From assembly GCA_051892935.1 (NCBI GenBank), contig JBJFGS010000024.1:1-64000 (forward strand): a DNA stretch of 64,000 bases, written 5' to 3'. Source of the DNA: Candidatus Coprovivens sp. Its GTDB lineage: Bacteria; Bacillota_I; Bacilli_A; RF39; UBA660. The notes beneath the pieces are model-generated. The model saw only the letters and a program-made list of their open reading frames with translations, did not search any database and was not told the origin of the DNA. The translations under genes and the position numbers were made by a program. Shown here piece by piece: positions 31,656 to 44,958 of the stretch (its first letter is position 1; each line of letters opens with the position of its first letter).

Positions 31656-32177
31656 CTAGTTATCCTTCTCTGTTGTAGAATCATCAGTTGATGATTCAGT
31701 TACTTGACGATTATTATTCCAAACTAAACCTTTGCCATTTTTGTTTTTAGCACCGGAAATTATAAAGCCATCACTTTTATCGCTAGAATTTTGTTTTAAA
31801 GTAATGTTGAAATCGTAGAATGATTGTTCTTCTTCACTAAATTCTTCTAATGATTTTTGAGCAATGCTTTCTGCTTCTACTAAAGCGACATTAGGTTCTA
31901 TTTGCATTGTAATGTAAATTATTTTACCAGTTACCATAACATCTACTGATTTTACTTTTTCATTATTGGCTATATTATTTTCAAAGTCTTTTTGACGTGA
32001 TTCAGATATTGTATAACTTTCAATTCCTTCTAGTCTGTTTCCATATTTATCTGAGCCATTTCCAACGTAGAAACATTGGATTAATACTGTAGCAATTAGG
32101 ATTAAACATGCTACTACTACAGCCATTAAGATAATAAAAATACGATGTTCTTTACAAAATTTTTTTATTTTATTCAT
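31656..32177 (-). CDS. Hypothetical membrane-anchored protein
   Basis: N-terminal TM, KYGNRL motif, AGGTGG RBS. Confidence 0.75.
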   Translation of the reverse strand: MNKIKKFCKEHRIFIILMAVVVACLILIATVLIQCFYVGNGSDKYGNRLEGIESYTISESRQKDFENNIANNEKVKSVDVMVTGKIIYITMQIEPNVALVEAESIAQKSLEEFSEEEQSFYDFNITLKQNSSDKSDGFIISGAKNKNGKGLVWNNNRQVTESSTDDSTTEKDN

Positions 32178-32326
32178 TTGTTCCCACCTCTTTTTAGGTA
32201 CTTAAATTATACTACAATATGATGTTATAAGCAATTATTTACGTTTTCTATATTTTTATTGAAAAGGAATATTTGACTTTATTATGTTGTTTATATATTA
32301 TATACAATCAAAGAGGGGTAATATGT

Positions 32327-33430
32327 ATGATAAGTACAAATAATACTATATTAAGTTCTTTAAATAAAGATGAGTTATTGACTTTGTTTAAAGAGATAAA
32401 TAATATGTCTTTGAGATATAGAGATTTTTTGAACTTACCAGATTATGTGACATTTGGTAATGAAATTGAAGTGAATAATATTCCTTTACATATATCACTA
32501 TTTTTGGTGGAATTATTTAATGATGTAGCTCGGTTAGAAGGAAAAGATAGATATACTATTCATCAAGAAGAAACTGCATCTACTGAGGTGGTAACTTCTA
32601 TTTTAACTAATACTACTACTAATTGGGGGAATTTTCATGAGATGTATTTACGTTTATATGATACAGGTGCTACTATAGGAGGAAATACTTCTAGTCATGT
32701 TCATATTGGAGCGCATCCTATTAATACTCCTGAAAAGTTGTCTTTACTTTTGAAAACTTTGGTAGTATTTGAACCTATTATTTTTAAATTCGGGTATGGT
32801 AATTATTCTAATCCTAGATTATATCTACGTGCTAATGAAAATAGAGTTATTTTTTCACCAATGATGACTCCTCAGAGAGTTTGCCGTTTCACGGACACTT
32901 TAGACAGATTTGACTATAATAATTTTGATAAGATGAGGAAAGCTTTTGATGAATTTATCGCTCCTGAATTAAAGTTTAGACCTGTTTTTAATTTTAAAGA
33001 TTTCAATTTTGATAAATTTCAGTATAGTGATGCTGAGGTTGGATTACCTAGTGAAGATGATCACTTTGAAGTAAGATGTTTTAACGGTACTTTATTTCCT
33101 GCAATTTCTCAAAATAATATAAATTTAATTACTAAAATATTGGTTGCGGTTGTTGAAGGTAATATTGATAAAGAATATATATTAGCAGAATATAAAAAGT
33201 ATAAAAAGAAAAGATATAATTTTGATAGATTTTGCTGTATTCTTCATTCTGAAAAAGAGCGTATACAATATAATAGATTGTTAGATGGATTTAATAAGGT
33301 TAAATTAGAAAAAGCTCTTAAGTTAGCTGATATGATTTTTGATAATGATTTGGATAAGTGCTATTTTTTAAAACAGTATTTGAAACTATTTAAAGCTAGT
33401 AATGAATATGTGCATAGTTTAATTAAGTAA
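32327..33430 (+). CDS. Putative amidoligase (COOH-NH2 ligase family)
   Basis: TFGNEIE, EVVTSIL, SSHVHIG and FEVRCFNGT motifs. Confidence 0.75.
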   Translation: MISTNNTILSSLNKDELLTLFKEINNMSLRYRDFLNLPDYVTFGNEIEVNNIPLHISLFLVELFNDVARLEGKDRYTIHQEETASTEVVTSILTNTTTNWGNFHEMYLRLYDTGATIGGNTSSHVHIGAHPINTPEKLSLLLKTLVVFEPIIFKFGYGNYSNPRLYLRANENRVIFSPMMTPQRVCRFTDTLDRFDYNNFDKMRKAFDEFIAPELKFRPVFNFKDFNFDKFQYSDAEVGLPSEDDHFEVRCFNGTLFPAISQNNINLITKILVAVVEGNIDKEYILAEYKKYKKKRYNFDRFCCILHSEKERIQYNRLLDGFNKVKLEKALKLADMIFDNDLDKCYFLKQYLKLFKASNEYVHSLIK

Positions 33431-33458
33431 AAAAGAATCGTTTTAACGATTCTTTTTT
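33429..33458. terminator. Bidirectional intrinsic terminator
   Basis: AAAAAAGAATCGTT-TT-AACGATTCTTTTTT. Confidence 0.8.
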
Positions 33459-34883
33459 TTATTTATTTAACCACTCTTTCTTTTTATTTAAACTTGTTAT
33501 GATAAATATTAATATAGTAAGTAATCCGATAACTAATATAATTACTATATCCTTTGTATCTGGATTTTTTGGAATAAAAGTAGCTTCGATAGTTACGTCA
33601 GATGATGGCATTGTAAAAGTATTATCAGTAAATGTAAGAACATTACCATTAGAATCTGTAACTTTTATTTCACTTAGTACGTAACCTTCCTTCGGAGTTA
33701 TTATAAATGTTATAAGCTCATCCATAAATCCTTCATCATTAGAAATTTCTATACTCCCATTGCCATCTGTTTTAGCAATTACCTTATGTTTTAAGATATA
33801 TTCAGTGGCAAATATTTCGTCTTTTTTAGATGATGAAATAATACCTGGAACTATAAATCCATCATCACTTGGAATTATTGTTTTTCCAACTTGAAAGATA
33901 TTTTCTATGCTTCTATCCATGTTCTTACTTGCATCAATATTCCGAATTAAATTGAAGTTCATATCATATATTTCTAATAAGACATTTGTACTGTAATAAG
34001 GACCATAGAAACTAGTTGCTACAATATAGTCATCTATTATTATAACTGAGCTGTAGTCATGATATATTCCTTCGGAATCTTCTCCTTGCATGAATAATTC
34101 GCTTGTTCCATCCTGTGATATTTTATATATTCCAAAGTGAGCATAATAGAAATCATCATTAACTTTTATTAAATTCATATTATACGATATATTATAATTT
34201 CCGGTAATTGGAGTTGATTTTATATAATTCAAATCTAAGTCGTATTCATTTAATGAATATCCACTTGATAATGTTGAATCTTCATTTGTATAACTATAAT
34301 ACTCGATTGTATAAACTCTATCTTCACTTACATAAAGAGCTTGATTATAAGCTATAACGTTTTTTTTGTCTTTATACTTCGTTGATATATCAAATTGCTT
34401 AAGTACTTCTAATTGGTTATTTCTTTTCTCTATTGTTACTATTTCAGTTTCTTCGTTATAGTTTTCTAGGTAAAATAAATTATCTTTTTTTACTACATTA
34501 TAAGCTGATATTTCTTTTTGGGATAAAATTGTTCCGTCATTACTCATAATAATATATATTTTACTTGTAAAAATAACGAAAGATGTATCTGTTAGTTTGT
34601 ATGTATAGATTTCTCTTTCATCGTAAATTGTTTCAGTTAATGGTATTTCTTTAATCCAGGCATTCTCACCGTTTAAATTACTCTTTCTTACTAATAGTTT
34701 TGTATAATCTTCGTGTGTAACAATTATGTAACCATCAGATATTTTAGTAGCGTTAAATAAGTCTTGATCCAACTCATAAATGATATTTACATTATTACGA
34801 AATACTTCTTCAGCTATTACATTTTTTATAAATAAGCAATTTGTTATTATTAGTAAAAATATTATTATTTTAATTTTTTTCAT
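33459..34883 (-). CDS. Secreted surface protein: beta-propeller-like region, InlB-B-like domain and C-terminal NPDT/TM anchor
   Basis: Signal peptide, TPKEGY...FTMPSSDVTIEATF, then NPDTKD followed by a TM and a basic tail. Confidence 0.75.
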   Translation of the reverse strand: MKKIKIIIFLLIITNCLFIKNVIAEEVFRNNVNIIYELDQDLFNATKISDGYIIVTHEDYTKLLVRKSNLNGENAWIKEIPLTETIYDEREIYTYKLTDTSFVIFTSKIYIIMSNDGTILSQKEISAYNVVKKDNLFYLENYNEETEIVTIEKRNNQLEVLKQFDISTKYKDKKNVIAYNQALYVSEDRVYTIEYYSYTNEDSTLSSGYSLNEYDLDLNYIKSTPITGNYNISYNMNLIKVNDDFYYAHFGIYKISQDGTSELFMQGEDSEGIYHDYSSVIIIDDYIVATSFYGPYYSTNVLLEIYDMNFNLIRNIDASKNMDRSIENIFQVGKTIIPSDDGFIVPGIISSSKKDEIFATEYILKHKVIAKTDGNGSIEISNDEGFMDELITFIITPKEGYVLSEIKVTDSNGNVLTFTDNTFTMPSSDVTIEATFIPKNPDTKDIVIILVIGLLTILIFIITSLNKKKEWLNK

Positions 34884-34974
34884 ACTATCATCCTATTCTA
34901 CGTATAGTATAGAATAATGTATTTTTTTTCATAAGTTTTATTTTATAATTATTAACAAATATTAACAAAAGAAG

Positions 34975-37850
<2,876 letters not shown>

Positions 37851-37865
37851 TTTATTCCTTCTTTC

Positions 37866-39953
37866 TTATATTTTTTTTATACTTTTATGATTTTTTAATA
37901 GTTTTTTTATTCCATAATTTTTAGCAAAAGCTACAGTGATGAAATCTCCTTTTACTTCTATTACTACTCCTCTGCCATATATCATATGCATTATTATGTC
38001 TCCTTCTGCAAATTCAACTTCACCTTCATTGTGATATAATTCCTCACGATTTATTTGTTCTTCTGGAATCATTTTTTCATTTTCTATTTCTAGTAAGTCA
38101 GGGTCTATTTCTTTGATGAATCTACTTGGAGCATTCATGATGTCTTTTCCGTATAGCATTCTTCTTTTAGCATTTGTAATATATAATCTTTCTTTAGCTC
38201 TTGTAATACCAACATAGCATAGTCTTCTTTCTTCTTCAAGTCCTCCTTCTTCACAAAATGAATTTTGATGTGGAAAAATACCATCTTCCATTCCAACTAG
38301 GAAAACAATAGAAAATTCAAGTCCTTTAGCACTATGCATTGTCATTAATGTTACAACATCCTCATCTTCTTGGTGTTCTGTTATATCGGCAATTAAACTT
38401 ATTTCTTCTAGGAAGTCACTTAGAGATACTGAGCCTGTTCTTTCTTCGAAAGACTTAGTAATTGATTTAAATTCTTCTAGTACTTCTAGTCTTCTTTCGC
38501 TTTCTAGTGTTTTTTCGTTTTCGTATTCTTCTTTCATTCCTGTTTCTTCTAGTATTAAATCAATTAATTCGGTTAGGGATAAGTTTTCACTTTCTTTTGT
38601 TAAATGAATTATCAACTCTTTAAATAGTTGTTCTTTTCCTTTGGAAATAACTTGAAAAATAGATGTATTTTGTTCTTTGGCTTCTTGGTCTAATTTGGAT
38701 ATAGTTGCTTCACCAATACCACGTTTAGGAACATTTATTACTCTTCTTAAGCTTATTTCATCATCATTGTTAAGGATTAATCTTAAATAGCAGATTAAGT
38801 CTTTTATTTCTTTTCTATTATAGAAGTAGTAACTACCTACTACTTTATAAGGCATGTTTGATTTTAGAAACATTTCTTCTACGACACGAGATTGAGCATT
38901 GGTTCGGTATAGTACTGCTATATCACTTTTTTTATATCCTTCATCTAGTAATCTTTTTATTTCATCTAGTACAAGTTGTATTTCATGTTTTCCATCATAT
39001 GCTCTTAAGTACTTTGTTTTTTTTCCTTCACCAACGCTACTCCATAGAGTTTTTTCTTTACGTTCTTTATTATTTTTTATTACTGAATTAGCGGCATCTA
39101 AGATGTATTTTGTAGAACGATAGTTTTCTTCTAAAGGAATTACTTTAGCATTTTGGTAGTCTTTTTCAAAGTTTAGGATATTACGGAAGTTAGCACCTCT
39201 GAACATATATATTGATTGATCAGGGTCTCCTACTATAAAGATGTTTTTGTATTTTTTGGCTAGTAGTTTACTTAGCTTATATTGTACTTCATTAGTATCT
39301 TGATATTCATCTATCAAAATATATTTGAATCTGTCTTGGTACATTTCAAGAACATCTTGGTGTTCTTGAAATAGCTTTACTGGTAATCTAAGTAAATCAT
39401 CAAAATCTACTGAGTTATTTTTCTTTAATATTTCAATGTATTCATAGTATACTTTTTCCGCTACTTTATCTTGAGGTGTATTATAGAATTTATTTATATC
39501 ATCATTGGATAACATGTCATTTTTTATACTACTAATTTTATTTCTAATGTAGGCTGGAGCTGTTAACTTAGGATCTAATCCTAAGTCTTTCATTATTCTT
39601 TTTATTAAAGAAATGACATCATCGCTGTCTATTATAGAAAAGTTTCTATCTAATCCTAGTAGTGGAGCATTTTCTCTAATAATTCTTACTCCTAATGAGT
39701 GGAATGTACCAACAAACGCATTATTATCTGGTACTATGCTAGATAGTCTATCTCTCATTTCTTTAGCTGCTTTATTAGTAAATGTAATTGCTAGAATATT
39801 ATATGATGGTATACCGTTTTCTATTAAATTAGCTATTCTTGTTGTAAGTACTCTTGTTTTACCTGAACCTGCACCAGCAATAACAAGACATGGTCCATCT
39901 TTGTGAAGCACAGCTTCTTTTTGTTTTTCATTAAGTCCGTTTAATAAGTTCAT
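37866..39953 (-). CDS. pcrA: ATP-dependent DNA helicase PcrA/UvrD
   Basis: AGAGSGKT, DEYQD, GDPDQSIY, HSAKGLEF and EEERRL motifs. Lies upstream of ligA. Confidence 0.97.
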   Translation of the reverse strand: MNLLNGLNEKQKEAVLHKDGPCLVIAGAGSGKTRVLTTRIANLIENGIPSYNILAITFTNKAAKEMRDRLSSIVPDNNAFVGTFHSLGVRIIRENAPLLGLDRNFSIIDSDDVISLIKRIMKDLGLDPKLTAPAYIRNKISSIKNDMLSNDDINKFYNTPQDKVAEKVYYEYIEILKKNNSVDFDDLLRLPVKLFQEHQDVLEMYQDRFKYILIDEYQDTNEVQYKLSKLLAKKYKNIFIVGDPDQSIYMFRGANFRNILNFEKDYQNAKVIPLEENYRSTKYILDAANSVIKNNKERKEKTLWSSVGEGKKTKYLRAYDGKHEIQLVLDEIKRLLDEGYKKSDIAVLYRTNAQSRVVEEMFLKSNMPYKVVGSYYFYNRKEIKDLICYLRLILNNDDEISLRRVINVPKRGIGEATISKLDQEAKEQNTSIFQVISKGKEQLFKELIIHLTKESENLSLTELIDLILEETGMKEEYENEKTLESERRLEVLEEFKSITKSFEERTGSVSLSDFLEEISLIADITEHQEDEDVVTLMTMHSAKGLEFSIVFLVGMEDGIFPHQNSFCEEGGLEEERRLCYVGITRAKERLYITNAKRRMLYGKDIMNAPSRFIKEIDPDLLEIENEKMIPEEQINREELYHNEGEVEFAEGDIIMHMIYGRGVVIEVKGDFITVAFAKNYGIKKLLKNHKSIKKI

Positions 39954-40075
39954 GTTGTATCCTGCTTTCTTTTCATATTATATCATGATAAAGCTATATT
40001 TAGATATATATTTTTGTTATAAAAACGAACTTTTGTTTTTGCTTTGCGTAATAAAAAAAGTAGATTTCTCTACTT

Positions 40076-40363
40076 TTATAGATATTCCATTATTGCAACG
40101 TTTTTTTCTAGTTTAGCAACTAAGTCTTCTCGATCATATTTTGAAAATATTTCATCAAATGTTTCGTTATCTATTAAAAACATATTATAGAATTTAACAA
40201 AAGCTTCTACGTAATTAGTTACTCCTAATTCAAGTAGATACTTTATATTGTTAGTTACTACTTCTTCATTTTCATTTAGTTTTTCTACTGCAAGAGCAGG
40301 AATATTTTCACACATTAGATTGATAATTTCTTCATCAAACCCTAATTCTTTCAAATACATCAT
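40076..40363 (-). CDS. Small hypothetical protein (helical, mTERF-like motif)
   Basis: GGAGG RBS, overlaps the upstream stop codon. YLKELGF and IKYLLELGV repeats. Confidence 0.7.
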   Translation of the reverse strand: MMYLKELGFDEEIINLMCENIPALAVEKLNENEEVVTNNIKYLLELGVTNYVEAFVKFYNMFLIDNETFDEIFSKYDREDLVAKLEKNVAIMEYL

Positions 40364-42627
40364 AGTGTCATCCCTCCTAGTGTATTCGCTTTATTAAAAC
40401 CCAAGCAACTACCTACAACATTTCTTAATGTCTCTTCGTCTTGACGAAGGTTATATAATGCAGATGCTAGGATGATCTCTCTTTCAACACCTACAGTAGA
40501 TTGTTTACTTTGAGCTAGCGCATTTAAAACTATTATTAAGTTTCTTTCAAATTTATTCTTAGAAATACATATATTTCCTAGTTTATAAGTATATTTACCA
40601 ATTATTTCAGCGTGGTATTCTTGTTCCATAATTTGAACTAATCTATCAAATTCATCTTTCATTTCTGGTACAATTTCTTGACCAAGTACTGTTTTAATAT
40701 TTTTGTAGTTGTCTTCTAATGTATTTATTACTATTTCTGTGTAATCTTCATTACCGATTATACTTGGTAGCATACTATTTACTTCATTCATTGAAATTAT
40801 ACTTGGGAAGTTTTTAGTTGGACCATATTTTTTATAGAAATCTAAGTAGTATATTACATGTCTACAGAATTCTGTAGGGCCATTTCCTTCATATATTGGT
40901 TCTCCATGTTCTTCACAATATTTAACTCTCTTTATTAATTCGGTAGCACTAGTTCCAAGTATTTCTGGATTAGTCGCCATAATGTTTTCTAAGTCTGCCT
41001 CTATAATACTATCAATGTCTCTTAATAAATCTAAAGGTTTTTTCCAGAATACTGATAAAGCATATTTACCATTATTTTTAACAATTTTGATTAAATATTC
41101 TTTTAGTACTGATACATCTTCTTGAATATTGATATCTTCAAATAGTAGTAAATTATGGTTTCTTACTTCTTTTTCATCAAGTTCATAACCATTTGCCATT
41201 AATGTATCAATATTTTTTTCATATCTAGCAACATTTGCTTTTAATAAATATAATTGGCTTTCGTCAAATTTTTGATGAAGGCTTTCAATAGCAGATATTC
41301 TTTCTTCTAGTGTAGTTAGAGTTTCTCTTAAACCACTATTTGTATCTCTTATTAAGTCTTGAATTTTTAATTCAGATATACCTTTAGCTCTTAGTAGTGT
41401 TATTTTTTTATTTAATTCTTCATCAGCTAGATACATATGGTGTTTACGTAATTTATAAGCTTCTTCTTCTAAAGATATACTTCTTAAGATTTCATAGTTT
41501 TCTTCAATAACTCTTTTATCTACAGATGATAACATATTATATACTGTTTCAATATCTTCTGTATTATATTCCTTAAATTTATCAAGGTCTAATCCAATAC
41601 TTTCTAAGAATTGTAGAAATTCATCTTTTTCACTATTATTTTGAGTATTTAGTTCATATTCAGGAGTTGTTATAGTATCAGTTGTTGTTGCGGTATCTGA
41701 AGTTGTTTCTGGTTTAGTGTCAAATTCATCATTTTCCATGTTTAGTGCAGATAAATCTATAATTGTTGTTTTTTCATTATCACTATCTACTTTACTATAA
41801 ATGTCTTCTGTTACACTTTCGTTTTCTGATGGAGTTGGCTCTATTGTAATAACTGGTTCAATAATAGGAGTTGGTTCTTCTGGTTCAATGGCAAGTGTTG
41901 GCTCTTCCGGTTCAACATCTTCTGGAATAGGTTCTTCGTATTGTTGGTCTATTGGATTTACCAGTCCTTTTTCTAATCTTTCTTGGTAAGTTTGATTATA
42001 TTGATATAGCCCTTCATCTGGGAACATAATCAATTTAGTTAACTTACTTAATTCTGTTTCAGAGAAAATACCAAATGAAGAAAGCACTTTCTTAACATAA
42101 TGAGCTGTTAGTGAATCTCTTTCTATTTCATTTGGTGATAAACTTTGTTCTAATAAACTTACTAGTTGTTCTCTTTCCCATTCAGCTTTCTTTTGTTCTT
42201 CTTGTAGGCTAGCTAATTTAGTATCTAGTTCGTCTTTTCTTTTTTCAGCTTCTTCTATTTCTGTTTGGAAACCTTTTATTCGTTCATTTAGTTTTTCACA
42301 ATACTTTGGAGATCTGTCGCCTATAGCAGTCAGTAATGTTCCTATTTCTAGATTAATATCAATTTGACGAAGTGCTGAGAATGTATCGTCATTTAGGCCT
42401 TGAAAAGCTTCCTCAAAAGTTTGTTTTTGAGTTATAAATACTTCTAATGTACCTTCACTATCAATTTTATTTATCTCACTTTTAGTTCTATTATTCTCAG
42501 TTTCTTCAATGTCAGATTCCGTATTTCTTATTTCATTAGCTAATCCTTGTAAGATTACGTTATCATCACCTTTTAAATTATAAAGTCTATCTAATAATGT
42601 TTCTATATTTTGTGTTAATCCTGCCAC
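40360..42627 (-). CDS. Large hypothetical protein: N-terminal coiled coil, acidic Pro-rich linker, helical-repeat C-terminus
   Basis: Probable GTG start after GAGGTG. EPEEPT repeats. Confidence 0.8.
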   Translation of the reverse strand: MAGLTQNIETLLDRLYNLKGDDNVILQGLANEIRNTESDIEETENNRTKSEINKIDSEGTLEVFITQKQTFEEAFQGLNDDTFSALRQIDINLEIGTLLTAIGDRSPKYCEKLNERIKGFQTEIEEAEKRKDELDTKLASLQEEQKKAEWEREQLVSLLEQSLSPNEIERDSLTAHYVKKVLSSFGIFSETELSKLTKLIMFPDEGLYQYNQTYQERLEKGLVNPIDQQYEEPIPEDVEPEEPTLAIEPEEPTPIIEPVITIEPTPSENESVTEDIYSKVDSDNEKTTIIDLSALNMENDEFDTKPETTSDTATTTDTITTPEYELNTQNNSEKDEFLQFLESIGLDLDKFKEYNTEDIETVYNMLSSVDKRVIEENYEILRSISLEEEAYKLRKHHMYLADEELNKKITLLRAKGISELKIQDLIRDTNSGLRETLTTLEERISAIESLHQKFDESQLYLLKANVARYEKNIDTLMANGYELDEKEVRNHNLLLFEDINIQEDVSVLKEYLIKIVKNNGKYALSVFWKKPLDLLRDIDSIIEADLENIMATNPEILGTSATELIKRVKYCEEHGEPIYEGNGPTEFCRHVIYYLDFYKKYGPTKNFPSIISMNEVNSMLPSIIGNEDYTEIVINTLEDNYKNIKTVLGQEIVPEMKDEFDRLVQIMEQEYHAEIIGKYTYKLGNICISKNKFERNLIIVLNALAQSKQSTVGVEREIILASALYNLRQDEETLRNVVGSCLGFNKANTLGGMTL

Positions 42628-42776
42628 AATACACACCTCGCTTATTATGTATAAATTATAACAAAAAGAAAAGAAAGTGTAAATCTTTTTTAATATACTT
42701 GTTATTTCTTTATTTAAAGTAAGAGAACCAATAAATTGAATAATGAATATAATATTATGAAAGTAGGAGGGATTTT

Positions 42777-43376
42777 TTGAAAAAAATTATTATAATTATA
42801 GGATGTTTATTCTTAATAATATTTAGTATTTTTTCTTTTATTAATAAAGATAAAAGCGATGAATTAACTACTATTAAATTGGCTGAAGTAACTCATAGTA
42901 TATTTTATGCGCCGTTATATGTGGCATTGGAAAATGGTTATTTTAAAGAAGAAGGATTAAATATTGAATTAATATTAACTAGTGGAGCTGATAAAGTTAG
43001 TGCTGCTGTATTATCAAACACTGTAGATATAGGATTTGCTGGTCCAGAATCAGCAATATATGTATATAAGAACAAAGAAAAAGATTATCTTGTTACATTT
43101 GCAGGATTAACTAAAAGAGATGGACAATTTATTGTTGCTAGAGAAAAATATAAAAATTTTTCTGTTAATGATTTATATGGAAAAGAAATACTTGTTGGCC
43201 GTTCTTCTGGAATGCCTGCTCTAAACTTTTTTAATGGAGTTAAAAATGTTAGTGGAGATATTTCTAAAATAGATGTAAATACTAGTATAGATTTTGCTTC
43301 TTTATCGGGAACATTTATTGGTGGAGTTGGAGATTTTGTTAACTTATTTGATCTTAATGCAACTAAAAGAAAATAA
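42777..43376 (+). CDS. 5' part of an interrupted NMT1/SsuA/THI5-family (YtlA-like) ABC substrate-binding gene
   Basis: EVTHSIFYAPLYVA..GYFKEEGL motif. The native frame runs to codon 191 (NLF), then reads DLNATKRK* from element DNA. Confidence 0.9.
   Translation: MKKIIIIIGCLFLIIFSIFSFINKDKSDELTTIKLAEVTHSIFYAPLYVALENGYFKEEGLNIELILTSGADKVSAAVLSNTVDIGFAGPESAIYVYKNKEKDYLVTFAGLTKRDGQFIVAREKYKNFSVNDLYGKEILVGRSSGMPALNFFNGVKNVSGDISKIDVNTSIDFASLSGTFIGGVGDFVNLFDLNATKRK
43335..43367 (+). repeat. attL-like junction (core TGA 43349-43351)
   Basis: TGATCTTAATGCAACTAAA matches TGAACCTAATGCTACTAAA (46571-46589) at 16 of 19 positions. Confidence 0.85.
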
Positions 43377-43398
43377 AAAACTACTTAATAGTAGTTTT
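43377..43398. terminator. Bidirectional terminator at the left end of the element
   Basis: AAAACTACT-TAAT-AGTAGTTTT between the truncated SBP gene and the WXG100-like gene. Confidence 0.75.
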
Positions 43399-43723
43399 AT
43401 CCTTCATATTCTGATGTTAGTAAATCTTCAGCATTCTTTTTAATTGATGTATCAGCTTCTTCGTATTTTGTTGCTGTTGTTGATAAGAATGTTGCATACT
43501 TAGTAATTGAGTCATAAAAATCACCAAATTTTGCATATAAAGAATGGTATTTTTCTCTTAGCATATCTGCTGATTCACTTTTAAAAGAATCTTCTGTATT
43601 ACTCATTACTGTAGTAGCTTTATCTAAAGCCTGTTTCATAACATCAACTTTGTTTATCATAGCTTCAGATGCTTCTTTTAAACCTGTATATGATACTGAA
43701 ATATCCATTTGATTATTACTCAT
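43397..43723 (-). CDS. WXG100-like protein (central FKS variant)
   Basis: 108-aa helical hairpin with a C-terminal FL..TA.KYEEAD signature. Paired with a WXG100 gene. Confidence 0.7.
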   Translation of the reverse strand: MSNNQMDISVSYTGLKEASEAMINKVDVMKQALDKATTVMSNTEDSFKSESADMLREKYHSLYAKFGDFYDSITKYATFLSTTATKYEEADTSIKKNAEDLLTSEYEG

Positions 43724-43739
43724 TTATATTACTCCTATT

Positions 43740-44030
43740 CTATAATCTTCCAGCTGCACTAGAAATATCTGTTTGTAAATCATTTAAACTTCCTGATGAA
43801 TTATTTAAGAAAATAGCATAATTGTTTACTACTTGCCCTAAAGCAACTATTTCTTCTTTGTAACTGTTTATTTTATTAGCAAATGCAACATTATCTGTAC
43901 CTTGCCATGAAGTAGTTAGATTATCAACAATTTTATATAATTCTGTTACAGCATTATTGTACTCAACGGCTGCATCGTTAATCTCCTTAGCTTCGTATTT
44001 CATTTGATCTAAATTAGCTTGTAAGTTCAT
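43740..44030 (-). CDS. WXG100 family type VII secretion substrate
   Basis: 96-aa helical protein with a central WQG motif. AGGAGG RBS. Confidence 0.85.
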   Translation of the reverse strand: MNLQANLDQMKYEAKEINDAAVEYNNAVTELYKIVDNLTTSWQGTDNVAFANKINSYKEEIVALGQVVNNYAIFLNNSSGSLNDLQTDISSAAGRL

Positions 44031-44077
44031 ATTATCCTCCTATAATATAGTCTTTTCTTCTTTTATTTTACATTTTT

Positions 44078-44106
44078 ATTATATTTCATATTTTGTGCTT
44101 CTTCAA
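44078..44106 (-). promoter_or_regulatory. Sigma-A-like promoter of the WXG100 pair
   Basis: TTGAAG, 17 bp, TATAAT on the minus strand. Confidence 0.55.
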
Positions 44107-44144
44107 TAAAAGTTCCAAAAAATGTAAATTTATTTGACAAGATA

Positions 44145-44939
44145 TTATTTTTTTATACCAGAAGATTCCTTTAACCGCATTTGATTCCAAAGGGATTTAG
44201 GTAGTAATATAGCACTTAATTTAGCTGTATTTTGTTCTTCATTTATTTCAACTTTTATTATCTTAGAAAGACTACCACAATTTAAAATATATTCTAGTTG
44301 AGACTTAGAATAACTTAAAACATCTGAAAGAAGAATTGCTCCATCTTGGCATAGAGAAGGAACAAAATATTCTATTTCTATATTACAAGTATCATGCCAT
44401 TCTAAATCTTTTCTTCTAAAATAACTAGTATTTCTTAATAGAGATGTTGAAGTGAATCCTTGTTCATATATGTATTGTCCTTGCATTAATGATAGGTCTG
44501 ATATTGTAGTAATTCCATAATCATAAAAGGCTTTAATACTTATTCCTCTATATGATTTTATATTAATATTTAGTGAAGGAAACTTATCAATTATGTTTTT
44601 AATAGATTCTCCTAATTGTTGATAGTATTCTTTTTTCTCTGAAGTTAATAAACCATTTTCTTCGTAGTTCCATTTATTTCTCATAGTATTATTAATAAAT
44701 CTATATTCATAACCTGTATAAAAACGTAAATCACTTAGTTCTTTTAAGCTAAGACTGTCAATGTAGTCTCTGACTATTTCAAGAAATGTCTTGTTTATTT
44801 GTTCTACTGATGTAAATTCAACAAATTCTTCTTTTAATACTTGTTCTATATATGATGAGAGTTCTTGTACTTTTTCAGAACCTAAATTATTTAGTATATA
44901 TCTAGTAGAAAAGCTTGTACCTTTTTTATTTTTTATCAT
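44145..44939 (-). CDS. R-S-E class (VIP2/C3-like) ADP-ribosyltransferase
   Basis: FYTG.EYRFINNTMR, SYRG, GFTSTS and the catalytic loop QLE. Confidence 0.85.
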   Translation of the reverse strand: MIKNKKGTSFSTRYILNNLGSEKVQELSSYIEQVLKEEFVEFTSVEQINKTFLEIVRDYIDSLSLKELSDLRFYTGYEYRFINNTMRNKWNYEENGLLTSEKKEYYQQLGESIKNIIDKFPSLNINIKSYRGISIKAFYDYGITTISDLSLMQGQYIYEQGFTSTSLLRNTSYFRRKDLEWHDTCNIEIEYFVPSLCQDGAILLSDVLSYSKSQLEYILNCGSLSKIIKVEINEEQNTAKLSAILLPKSLWNQMRLKESSGIKK

Positions 44940-44958
44940 ATAATCACCTACTATAAAT

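Noticed and set aside
42640-42776. TPP or other riboswitch ahead of the NMT1/THI5-like gene
   Set aside because: The leader is short and almost all A/T, with no CTGAGA-type conserved core.
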